A DNA stretch of 63,079 bases, the filler included, from Stramenopiles sp. TOSAG23-3 (lineage: Eukaryota), in assembly GCA_900128585.1 (NCBI GenBank). It is 4 parts of 4 records of this genome, joined end to end, with 100 filler letters (N's around TTAATTAATTAA, not from the genome) between each part and the next. Parts side by side here need not be neighbours in the genome. Positions count along the whole stretch, not along the records: positions 20,468 to 40,804 come from LT642380.1; 3 more parts are not named here. The stretch is one strand, 5' to 3'. The notes under the pieces are model-generated. The model searched no databases, was not told the DNA's origin, and worked only from the letters and a program-made list of their open reading frames with translations. Below are positions 30,899 to 40,904 of this stretch, piece after piece. Numbering within the stretch: the first letter of the stretch is position 1; each line of letters opens with the position of its first letter. A program made the translations under genes and the position numbers.

Positions 30899-32424
30899 TT
30901 ATAAAATACACGCGTAACTTTTCTTCCCGAACAGATCGACGTTCTGGTAAAACGTGTTGTTCTTCATAAGCCATTCCTGATAGTGGTACTTGTTCCGGTA
31001 CAGGTACTCGTCGTCTACCCGCGTGCGATACGCGGAAGGGGACAGGGCGTTGGTGGTCCTTCGGTATGCGGAGGAGGGCCGCGTGTACTTTCTCGGCTTG
31101 AACGATTTCGGGAGCTTGTCGTCGATGAACGAATTCGTGTGCTTCACCCTCTTCTTGTGGGCATTTTGAACGGTGCGAAAATGAACCAGCTGTTCCCTGC
31201 TCATGTGGTTCTTGAGGGTTCGGGGGAGCTTGACGTCTGGGACACGGGAAATCTCGTCTTTGATGCGGAGCTTTGCCCGGTTCACGGTCCACACCAGGGA
31301 CTTTGGCGGTTGCGTGTCGACGCCCTGCCGGGCGTGCTCGACGCCTTGCTTGTGAAACTTTGCCATTTCGTCCAGGAAGAGCTTGGTGCTCGTGCTTTTC
31401 CGTCGGTGCTCCTTTACTGGCTCGAGCTTGATTATTTGCGTTTTGTGGTTCACCTTGACCGATTTCAGGATTTGCGTCCGCTGGGACTGCTCGTGGATGT
31501 AATTCTTCAACGACTTGGACTTTCCCTTGGTCGACGTGACGACGACTTTCTTCAGCACGCTCCACTTCGACTTGGGGGGGTTCGCGGACTCCGACTCGGG
31601 CTCGGATGGAGACTTGGGATCGGGAAGGTGCTTTCCGGCCATCTTCAGGGCAACGTCGAAGATGCCCAGCTTCATCTTTGACGCGAAGATAGAGCCTGCT
31701 TTTGCCCCGCCCCCCCCCCTGCACTGGCTGGAACGGGCGCGTTCGTCTTGTGCCGAAGGATCATGTCCATTATCGGCGAATCGTTCTCTTGGATCGACAG
31801 CATCTGGCACGTGACGCGGAGCATTTTGACCTTTCCCCGGGCAATGCAGTTCGCCGTTCGAACTTTTTGTTTCGACAGAACGGCCCGCTCTCCAAAAATT
31901 TCCCCTGGTGCGATAGAGTTCACCTTTCGTTGGCAGCTTGGGACGGTCGTATCGTTCACCGTCACGTCGACGAACCCCTCGGTGATGACGAAGAAGGAGT
32001 TCCCCTCCTCGCCTTCTTTCACGATGACCTCCCCTTCCTTGTAGGCTACTTCTTCCACCTCTACCCCTGGGCCGAGCTGTTCTATAACGTTTTGGCCTTT
32101 TCGCCGGTGAACCCTCAGCTCGGTGTTGTCCTCCAGCGCTCGGCACGTCGCCGTCCGCTGAAAGTTCTCCCGGAGCAACGCGAGCTCCCCGAACGTCTCG
32201 CCCTCCCGAAGGGTCGCTAATAGCTTTTCCCTTGGCAGAAAGTGTGTAGTGTCCACGGCGTACACCCCGACGGAGCCATGGCTTATTTTGAATGATTCGT
32301 GCCCAAAATCCCCTTTCGAAAATATTTTCTGCCGACGCGAGTACGTCCGGGAGGTGGACTTTAGTTCTACGATGGACTGCGAGAAGGTAGGGGAACCTGC
32401 GGCAGGGGATGGTGTTTCGGCCAT
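30899..32424 (-). CDS. Tandem cyclic-nucleotide-binding-domain protein with a basic tail; frameshift at a G10 run (31710-31719)
   Basis: Two CNB domains: IFSKGDFG...GETFGELALL...RTATCRA and IVKEGEEG...GEIFGERAVL...RTANCIA. One extra G joins the 250-aa ORF to the downstream open frame, giving about 508 aa. Confidence 0.8.
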
Positions 32425-33493
32425 CGCTCGGGGTGCAATATTGTCTAACCGCGATCGAGCCTGAATTTGGTACGCTGTTTAACTTTGAGACGTTCCTGGG
32501 TTGTGAATATGCATGAATATAGATAGATAAATAGGCTGTTTTATCATGAATTTCTGTTCCAGAAGAAGAAAGTATCGTGCCAATGGTAATCCGAAATATA
32601 ATATTATTTTTTTCCCCTTTTTTTTCACTCACATCTTCTCGTTCCATCCATCGCGTCCAATTTTTTTTTACATCTTCTCTCGCTCTCTCCCCATTCATCG
32701 TCTCATCGACTGGGATCATCGACATCAATCACATCTTCTATCATCATTTCACTTAACTTATATTATAGGACTCATATAGCACCTATTATTTGGTTGTGTG
32801 CAATACGCGTAGGAGACTAATAGCTATATAAATAAATAATTATGAAAAAAGAAAGAAAGCGCTGCTATTTATTTAATCTATTATATAATAGTCGTATATA
32901 GCTATATATCTATATATCTACACACAATAACATTAATTAGGCAAAATAAAATATCGAGATCTATTTTTTTACCCAATTTTTTCATTTTTTTGCTGATGGT
33001 ATTTCCTTTCTATTCTTATTTGTAGAACGACTAAAGACTAAAATAAGAAGAGAATATAATATAGCTAGTTTTTTAGTTCTCTCTTCGCGATCGATCGAAC
33101 AAATAGAATAATTAACAATTGATAAAATATGTGAATGCTATTACATAGTCTACCGTTTGCATAGCATACGTAGACGAAAATGAAGCATTATTTTGATTTT
33201 GACTTTTTTTTTACACATTCAATGAACCCAACCAACAAACCCATTTTTTTTATACTTTGTTGTTATTTATTATGTTATCGTTATGTTATTCTTTTATATT
33301 TTATTATTATTTTTTTATATTTTGTATGTTATATTTATAATAATAATTGTACCATTATTTTGACATTATTTTACCTTCTGTGATGATAAGGGAACTAAAA
33401 AAAAGACCAGGCTAAAAAAAGGAAAGGCTCCAGAATAAGTTTTTAAAAGCCAAATAATAGACAAAGTCTAGAGGAGTATGAAAAGCACAAGAT

Positions 33494-33530
33494 GAAGGAA
33501 GGAAGGAAGGAAGGAAGGAAAGGAAGGAAG
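33494..33530. repeat. (GAAG)n microsatellite
   Basis: gaaggaaggaagg... tract in the divergent intergenic region. Confidence 0.8.
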
Positions 33531-34011
33531 ATACCAAAGTAAAACAATAAATAATAAAGTATAGATATATGTATTGTAATATTTTATTCAACCTATATAA
33601 TATGTTACTTTATAGTTCTATATTTGTTAATAAATAGATATGAACGAACCGTACCTTTTTACTATTGGAATTTGGAATACGATACTTTCCTTTGCTGTTT
33701 TTCTATTATTTGGTACATCATAACATACACAACACAGCAGGCAGCCGAAGAAGAAAGAACGAACGAACGAATGCGCTGCTGTTTTGTTGTGCTTGCGCCA
33801 ATTAATTCACAATTCACCAATATAACATCTTAAGATATATATAATGCATGTATACGTATCCGTTTGTTATTGTTCAATTGTATACACAACAACATTAATC
33901 TAGGCAACAGCGCAATGTCTTCATTTTAAGTGTGTAAATGAATGTCTATGGTGTCCAAGTATATTTATCCTGCGTCGCGTTTGTTTTTAATCGCTCCTCC
34001 TCGTCGTGGCC

Positions 34012-35856
34012 ATGGCAAAGGCGAGCAGCAGTAACTATATCATTGAAGACTTCGAAGAGGATGATATCCCAGAAGCGAAGTTCATAGACATGGAGGACCC
34101 GCCGGCCCGGCCCCGGCGGTCGCGGCCCGCGCTTCAAAAGCGGCCCACGCTCCGTATCGACGCGGGCGCAGAGACCAAAGCAGACCCGAAAGAGGGCGGC
34201 CCGTCCTCGCCCAACCCCCCGCCGCCGACGCCCTCTTCCTCCCAGCCCACCGGGAAAGAACGGCGACGATCCTCTTTCGCGCTCACCCCACGGGCTCGGG
34301 AGATGTGGACCGGGCTCCGGGAAACGTTTCGTTCAGGCTCTGCCAAGGTCAGGAGCCTCTCCCCGCATAACAAAGACGCGCAGCGCTTCAGGGCCATGTC
34401 CGTCGGAAACATAGACGTGAGCCGGCGAGAGCTGGAGGCAGCGGCAAGTGAGCGGAGCAAGTGGCGGTGCTTTCGCTCTTTCTCGGACTACCTCCCCCTG
34501 CACCCAAAGCAAGAGTGGAAGCAGCGATGGAACGGCATCCTAGCGGCTTCCTTGGTCTGCCTCCTGTTCGTCTCTCCATTCATGATGGGATTTTCGAGGG
34601 AGCTGGACCCAGACGTTCGGACCTTCCTGACGGTCCTCGACGTCTTCATCGACGTCGTGTTCGTGGGAGACATTGCCATGCAGTTCCTCACGGCCTACTA
34701 CACAAAGGACGGGGAGCTCGTGACGTGCGAGTACAAGATCGCCCAGAACTACCTTCGGACGTGGTTCTTCGTGGACCTTGTCAGCGTCATTCCATTTCAC
34801 TACATGCTCTCGAACCAGTTCGCAAAGCTGGCTCGGTTTGTAAAGCCGTTGAAGCTGATCACGCTCCTCCGCCTCTTCCGCCTCCGGCGCCTGAGGGCGA
34901 TGGTCGACTCGTACGACATTGGGACGACGCTGGGGAAGATCCTCACGTACATGGCATGCATGTTCGTGACGTCCCACGTGATGGCCTGTTTCTGGTACTT
35001 CATCGCGGACCTCCACGACTTTGACCACACGACGTGGATCTTTCAGTACGATCCGGACACCAAAACGATCGGGTCCAAGTACCTCCTGTGCTGGTACTGG
35101 GCGATCGTCACGGTGACGACCGTGGGGTACGGGGATGTAATCCCGAACTCGGACGAGGAGCGGACCTTTGCCGCCCTCTGCTCCTTTGTCGGGTCGGTGG
35201 GTTTCGCGTTCTTGGTGGGGAAGATGTCCGCGATCGCGAACGGGGCCGAGCAGTCCAACATCAAGTTCCAGAATAAGATGTCCAATATCGTAGCGTTTAT
35301 GAAAGCGAACAGGTTCCCGGTCCACCTTCGCCGGCGTATACGAGAGTTCTACGAGGAGAAGCGATACGTCGGGGACCTGATCGACGCGGACGAGGTGTTC
35401 CACGAGCTGTCCTTCCCGCTGCGAAAGGAAGTCTCCCTGTACTGCAACAGGGACGCCATAAAACGGGTCCCGTTCTTCTCCGCGTGCGAGGGTGCCCTCT
35501 TGGAGGCCCTCCTCCTGAAGCTAAAGTCCCGACACTTCGTTGCGGGCGACTATATCATTCGAAAAGGGGACGTAGGGAACGAAATGTACATACTGAACAA
35601 GGGGGAGGTGAGCGTGGTCACAGAGGACGGCAAGGTCCTCGCGACGCTCGGGGAAGGGAGCTTTTTCGGAGAGATAGCGCTCCTGAGCGACCACTCCCGG
35701 CGGACTGCCTCTCTGAAGGCGGACATCAACTGTTTGATTTACTGCCTGGAGAAGAAAGACCTGGCCGATGTGTGCCGGAAGTTTCCAAAGTTCGACGCGG
35801 AGATCAAGCTGTTGGCGAACACCCGGTTGGCTGCGACGATGGAGAAGAAGGGATGA
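34012..35856 (+). CDS. 6TM cyclic-nucleotide-regulated K+ channel (KCNH/HCN/CNG superfamily)
   Basis: S2-S3 DIAMQF.TAY and IAQNYLRTWFFVDLVSVIP. S4 LLRLFRLRRLR. Filter TTVGYGD. C-linker and CNBD GSFFGEIALL...RRTASLKA. Confidence 0.93.
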   Translation: MAKASSSNYIIEDFEEDDIPEAKFIDMEDPPARPRRSRPALQKRPTLRIDAGAETKADPKEGGPSSPNPPPPTPSSSQPTGKERRRSSFALTPRAREMWTGLRETFRSGSAKVRSLSPHNKDAQRFRAMSVGNIDVSRRELEAAASERSKWRCFRSFSDYLPLHPKQEWKQRWNGILAASLVCLLFVSPFMMGFSRELDPDVRTFLTVLDVFIDVVFVGDIAMQFLTAYYTKDGELVTCEYKIAQNYLRTWFFVDLVSVIPFHYMLSNQFAKLARFVKPLKLITLLRLFRLRRLRAMVDSYDIGTTLGKILTYMACMFVTSHVMACFWYFIADLHDFDHTTWIFQYDPDTKTIGSKYLLCWYWAIVTVTTVGYGDVIPNSDEERTFAALCSFVGSVGFAFLVGKMSAIANGAEQSNIKFQNKMSNIVAFMKANRFPVHLRRRIREFYEEKRYVGDLIDADEVFHELSFPLRKEVSLYCNRDAIKRVPFFSACEGALLEALLLKLKSRHFVAGDYIIRKGDVGNEMYILNKGEVSVVTEDGKVLATLGEGSFFGEIALLSDHSRRTASLKADINCLIYCLEKKDLADVCRKFPKFDAEIKLLANTRLAATMEKKG

Positions 35857-36781
35857 GGGGAGAGGAAAGGGGGGGAGGAAAGAAAGGTTGTCTACCTTGG
35901 TAAAAATAAATTTTATATTCTACTGAAGAACTTTAACGTTTATTTGTAATGGTTACGACCTTCGTCTGCTTTTAAACGATGATTTTTCCTTTTGACCTCG
36001 GTCGATTCTTACTGACAAATGAAAATGGTTTTTGATCGAAATCTGAACGGGTGTGGGTAAAAAGCTGGAAGAATAAAATACCTCCTCCTCTTCTTTTCCA
36101 TAATTAATATTGATAGGAATTCATTTATAAATGTTAAGTACTTACATTCGTATTCAATATAATAATTAATTCCTCAAAAATATCCTCTTTTTTTGTCTAT
36201 ATAATACTATAGAAGTATACAAATGTTCGTATTTGTAATTTCATTTAAAAAAAAGCATTAAATTATTGATAGTTATTCCTCTTTCTAATCTCACAACATT
36301 GAATACCATCTGTTATAATATAATTTATAAATTAGAATATATTTTATAATGTATTATAATGGGATTTTGAAGAAGAAAAAAGAAGAAGAAAGAAGATTTC
36401 TTCTTTTTTTATTTTTTATTTTTTATTATTTTTTTTTTTTTTTTATTATTATTAGAGTTCCGTTCATCATTTTATTATTATTAATTTAATAAATTTTCTT
36501 CTTGTTTCTCTTCTTCTTCTTCTTCTCTATTATAATCAGGGTTAATAAAAAAAATAATAATAATATAATTATAATTCCTCACCACCGAACAGACTCTGTA
36601 TATTATAATAATCAATTTAAACAGTTTTATATGGAATCATCGATCCCTATTTAATTTCATTCTTTTCGGCACGAAAGGTATGGATCGATCGATCGATTGA
36701 ATAATTTTATTGCCAACCCCAGTTTATACAAGCGATACAGAGTACAGCTGGTACGCACACCACCAACACCACTAACACCAC

Positions 36782-37927
36782 ATGAGCGACGCTGGGGGCG
36801 AGGCCCCACCGCCTGCGGGTGGGAAGAAGCAGCTGGACCTTGCGGAGACGGTTAAAAAATTGAAACGGTTGGTGACGCTGTACAAAAAAGAGGTTGATCG
36901 GCTGAAGGAAAAGGAGTCTGCCCTTTTGGTGGAGCTCGAGGAGCAGAAGGAGCAGAACCGTCGTGCCCAAACCCCCCCGCCGGCCCTCCCGTTCTACGCC
37001 AACGCCCGGCCCATAGAAGTCCCCATGCGGGTCAAGTGCAAGCCGTCAGGGGTGCACTGGTGCTACGTAAAGTATGACGCGGAGGATGACGGGGGAGACA
37101 GGGACTCGGACGGGGGGGACAGGGATTCGAACGGGTCAGATGAGGGAGTGAAGTACGCATGGCGGCGGGAGATCGATGTGGTGGCCCAGGCAGAAGACTT
37201 TGGGGTGACGCTGCAGCTCCCGGACGTCCTGGAGGACGGGGAGACGGGGCGGTCGACGCACAAGGACCTGGAGCGGCAGCTAACGATCGCGCACGACAAC
37301 ATCGAGCGGGTCCAGGAGGACTTTCGACGGTACCGTGTGCGCGCGGAGATTGTCCGTCGGCAGAAGGAGTCAGAAATTAGCAAGCTGATGGAAACGTCGG
37401 CCGAGTTCAACGAGCAGCAGCTGGCCTTCGACAGCAAAGTGGAGGACCAGTTGAACTACACCAAGCAGGTCCTTGCGGAAAAGGAGGGGGAGAACAAAAA
37501 GTTGAAGGCAAAGTGCGACTCTCAAAAGGCCGACTGGGACAGGCTGAAACGCGAGAATCAGCAGCTCAAACAGCTCCTCGACAGCGGCGGGGCCAGGGGG
37601 GACGAGACGTTGGCGGCGAAGCACCAAAAGCTGAAGCAGGAGTACCAGGCGTACCGAAAGCGCGCGATGCAACTGTTGAAGAACAAGGGGAAGGACGGAG
37701 GCGGGGGCGGCGCGGCGGCGAAGAAGGACCAAGGCATCGACGCAGAGGCCGTCGTATACCTTCGGAACACGGTCCTCAAGTACATGGCAACGGACAGAGA
37801 AGAGGTGAGGGAACAGATGGAGGGCGCCATCGCAACCGTGCTGCGGTTCAACAAGCAAGATTTAGAGTACGTCTCGAAGCAGAGGTCCCAGAGCCGGAGC
37901 TGGGCCGCGTGGATGGGCGTGTCGTAA
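36782..37927 (+). CDS. GRIP-domain golgin-like coiled-coil protein
   Basis: Coiled coils and C-terminal YLRNTVLKYM...AIATVLRF...W GRIP motif. Internal 21-bp duplication at 37088-37129 (DGGDRDS x2). Confidence 0.85.
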   Translation: MSDAGGEAPPPAGGKKQLDLAETVKKLKRLVTLYKKEVDRLKEKESALLVELEEQKEQNRRAQTPPPALPFYANARPIEVPMRVKCKPSGVHWCYVKYDAEDDGGDRDSDGGDRDSNGSDEGVKYAWRREIDVVAQAEDFGVTLQLPDVLEDGETGRSTHKDLERQLTIAHDNIERVQEDFRRYRVRAEIVRRQKESEISKLMETSAEFNEQQLAFDSKVEDQLNYTKQVLAEKEGENKKLKAKCDSQKADWDRLKRENQQLKQLLDSGGARGDETLAAKHQKLKQEYQAYRKRAMQLLKNKGKDGGGGGAAAKKDQGIDAEAVVYLRNTVLKYMATDREEVREQMEGAIATVLRFNKQDLEYVSKQRSQSRSWAAWMGVS

Positions 37928-37973
37928 GGGAGATGCAACAAGTGTGGCTATCTTCATAGTTTTAGCTAGGAAG

Positions 37974-38130
37974 TTGGCTGTTATTTAAGTAATTACAATT
38001 AATGTACTGCGAACTGAACTCTACTGCTCTACTGCTCTACTGTCTTAACAGTTCGCCCTTCTTTGCTTCATTTATACAGTAAGTTGTTTAAGACTTAGAA
38101 GTAGTAAATAACAGCCAATTTTCTTGTTTT
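37974..38130. repeat. Inverted pair of the dispersed TTGGCTGTTATTTA element
   Basis: TTGGCTGTTATTTA at 37974-37987 and its exact reverse complement at 38105-38118. Confidence 0.8.
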
Positions 38131-38221
38131 TAGTAAACTCTCTTTCTACAAAATCTAAGGTAAGATATGTGCCTCTCCTCTCTACAGTTCAATACTGGTT
38201 GTTTGGAGGGATGAACATGTT

Positions 38222-39757
38222 TTACTGACCCTCCCCTCCCCCACCATCATCCCCCCCTTCGCCAATCTTTAAATTTGCCACCCCAAGTTCACCCACCTCC
38301 CCCTCCTCTTCCACCAAATCATCGTACTCCTCTACAAACCGCTCGTACTCCGCCGTGTCCACGTCGTTGTGAACCATCCCCATGGCCGGGGCGTGGTTCG
38401 CGGCCAGGACTTTTCCGCGTTTCGTCTTCCTCTTCTTCCTCTCTTTCGGGGGGTTCATCTTCTTCACCAAAACGACATCCGGGACCGTGTCGCACTTCAC
38501 ACTCGTCGTGCCGTTGTACGAGGTCATGTCAAACCCAAGCGCGGAGTCCCCCGCCTTCAGGTGCTGCCCAAGGTGCGAGTAGACCGTGTACTGCGTGTCG
38601 TTCACGCCGAGGTCCGACGCCCGGGCGACCGTTACCTCGGCCAAAATGTACCGGCTCCCGGTTTCCTGGGCCACGCCCGTCGCCACCGCATTTGCCCCCT
38701 CCGGCGTCTGCCTCAAGTCGCGCTCGTACCGTTCCAGGATTTCGGCCCGTTTGTCCTGCTTCTTCTTCTTTCGTTTCGCCTTTGCCCCGGGCCTTCCCCG
38801 CCGGGCCAGGCTCGGCTGCGGCCGCACGACGATGGAGTCGAGCACGACGAACTCGACCAGGTTGCGGGACGTCATTGCGGGCTCTAGGGGGTCGCGGTAG
38901 AATGCCTTTTCGTTCAGGGAGGACTCCTCCAGTGTCGACGGGTTCAGCAGGTGCACGCTTCCGGCGATCTTGGTGCAGATGACGACCTGACCAATGCTCC
39001 CGCAGGACGCCATTTGCTTCTTGCTCAGGACCAGCAGGTCGTCGGCGCACACCGGGATGATCTCGACCGACCAAGTGAACTCGTACCGGTCCTTCCCGAC
39101 CAGGCTCTTCGACTTTTTTTCTCGCACGGGGACGTGCGACTTCAAAAATTGGACGAACTTTGCCGCCGCAGACTTTGTGTTGAACTTGAAGTCGATCCCA
39201 TCCTTCTTCGGGTCCAAGTTCGCGATCGCCCCCTGCGCTTTGTGTTTGATGATGAGCTGCTCCAGGTAGAAGAACGTTCGCTTGTGGTCCACGTGCTGGC
39301 GCACCTGGACCGTCGCCGTCGAGTTCATGTCCGCGTTCTCCTCGTGACAGTCCGGGCAGAACTGGTTCTTTAGGACATACTCCACAACAAATGTCTGCTT
39401 GAGCTGAACCCCTAGCGCTTCTTTCTGAACGTCCAGTCGAACCTTGACCCGCTTCGAGTGGGGCTCCGTCCATATGAAATTTGCGTCCAACAGCTTTACT
39501 TTGGACAGTCCGGGGAGCGTCCGAAGGCAGATCGCAAGGAGCTCCCGGCTCTCAAAGTCGGCAAAGACCCACGGCGGCCGGTTGATGCGAAGGCACTGTT
39601 TGCACCACAGCAAAAAATGTTCCTTCGGGATCCCTTCTGTGATGTCAACCTGAGACGCAAGGCACCCGTCGCACATCGCTGCCGCATTGAACTTTATCGA
39701 TACCCCGCACAGACAGCAGAGGATGTTCGACGCCGTCTGCTTCGGGAACGCAGACAT
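38222..39757 (-). CDS. NMD3: 60S ribosomal export protein NMD3
   Basis: ILCCLCG...N.AAMC..C, ESRELLAICL, DANFIWTEPHSKRVKV, VQVRQHVDHKRTFFYLEQLIIKH, SHLG.HL..GD...GFD and PDVVLVKK. Confidence 0.96.
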   Translation of the reverse strand: MSAFPKQTASNILCCLCGVSIKFNAAAMCDGCLASQVDITEGIPKEHFLLWCKQCLRINRPPWVFADFESRELLAICLRTLPGLSKVKLLDANFIWTEPHSKRVKVRLDVQKEALGVQLKQTFVVEYVLKNQFCPDCHEENADMNSTATVQVRQHVDHKRTFFYLEQLIIKHKAQGAIANLDPKKDGIDFKFNTKSAAAKFVQFLKSHVPVREKKSKSLVGKDRYEFTWSVEIIPVCADDLLVLSKKQMASCGSIGQVVICTKIAGSVHLLNPSTLEESSLNEKAFYRDPLEPAMTSRNLVEFVVLDSIVVRPQPSLARRGRPGAKAKRKKKKQDKRAEILERYERDLRQTPEGANAVATGVAQETGSRYILAEVTVARASDLGVNDTQYTVYSHLGQHLKAGDSALGFDMTSYNGTTSVKCDTVPDVVLVKKMNPPKERKKRKTKRGKVLAANHAPAMGMVHNDVDTAEYERFVEEYDDLVEEEGEVGELGVANLKIGEGGDDGGGGEGQ

Positions 39758-39993
39758 GGGTAGGTTGGAGGTAAGCTGGTAAAATTTAAAAATACACGAT
39801 GCGGTTCGATATGTACAAGAGGGGTGAATGAAATTTTCGTCATTGGATTCTTAAATTTTTTAATTTATTTACACGCAAGAAGATATAGTTTTCTTTTTCA
39901 AGCAAATGCATAGAAATAATAATTTTTATTATAATAATAATAATAATAATAATATTTTATTAATACCACCAAGTAGTATTATTATTATACGAC

Positions 39994-40324
39994 AGAGAAG
40001 AACGAAAAAAAGAAGAAGAAGTAGAAGAAAGAAGAAGAAGAAGAAGAAAAGAGAAAGAAAGAAGAAGAAGAAGAAAAAAGAAGAAGAAGAAAGAAGAAGA
40101 AGAAGAAAGAAGAAGAAGAAGAAGAAGAAGAAGAAGAAGAAAGAAGAAAGAAGAAGAGGAAAGAAGAAGAAAGAAAGAAGAAAGAAGAAGAAAGAAGAAA
40201 GAAAGAAGAAGAAGAGGAGGAGATTTAATAATTAAAAAAAAAAATATATTAAACCATATTTATTAGACTATATAATATAAATACCATCCAAAGGGACACA
40301 ACAGAAGAACCTCCTCCTTCTTCT

Positions 40325-40361
<37 letters not shown>

Positions 40362-40415
40362 TTTCTTTCTTCTTTCTTCTTTCTTCTTCTCTTCATTCTT
40401 CTTTCTTCTTTCTTC
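39994..40415. repeat. (GAA/GAAA)n tract followed by an opposing (TTC/TTTC)n tract
   Basis: Purine tract 39994-40223 and pyrimidine tract 40310-40415, lying between divergent genes. Confidence 0.9.
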
Positions 40416-40642
40416 AATTTTATTATATATTATATTAATATAAAAAAATAATATTAAAATATGCTTTCTTCTTTTTTTAGCAAGGAGAATTCACTTTCTT
40501 TTCTCTCTAATATCTATATAACTAAGAAAATAAAAACGTTCAGAAATGAAACAAGCCATTTTGTAGAAACTAAAAACTAAAATTTATAATCAACATATTC
40601 TCACTTCCCAACTTACAACAGCTCAAAATTAAAAGGAGAAGT

Positions 40643-40804
40643 ATGGCAAGTTTATTACTTGAGAGTGATGAGAAAAGGAGGAAGACAAGCGAGGTTGAGG
40701 AGGACGGTATTAGGACACTGAAGGAGCTCCCGGACGCGTTACTTGAATTTATAATGGACTTTCTTCGTTATGACTTTAAGTGTTGGGCAAGTCTTTTGGG
40801 AACG
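40643..40804 (+). CDS. F-box-like protein, N-terminal fragment truncated by the contig end
   Basis: LKELPDALLEFIMDFL resembles the F-box core LxxLPxELLxxIFxFL. Confidence 0.55.
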
Positions 40805-40904
40805 NNNNNNNNNNNNNNNNNNNNNNNNNNNNNNNNNNNNNNNNNNNNTTAATTAATTAANNNNNNNNNNNNNNNNNNNNNNNNNNNNNNNNNNNNNNNN
40901 NNNN
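40805..40904. other. Artificial contig linker
   Basis: 44 N + TTAATTAATTAA + 44 N. Confidence 0.98.

Noticed and set aside
31720-32728. N-terminal half of the 609-aa ORF (30899-32728)
   Set aside because: It is an off-frame shadow of the real CNB-domain frame plus AT-rich upstream DNA. Only the part after the G10 run looks genuine.
39906-40235. Lys/Arg-rich 109-aa ORF, and similar ORFs at 6519-6783
   Set aside because: These are translations of GAA microsatellites.
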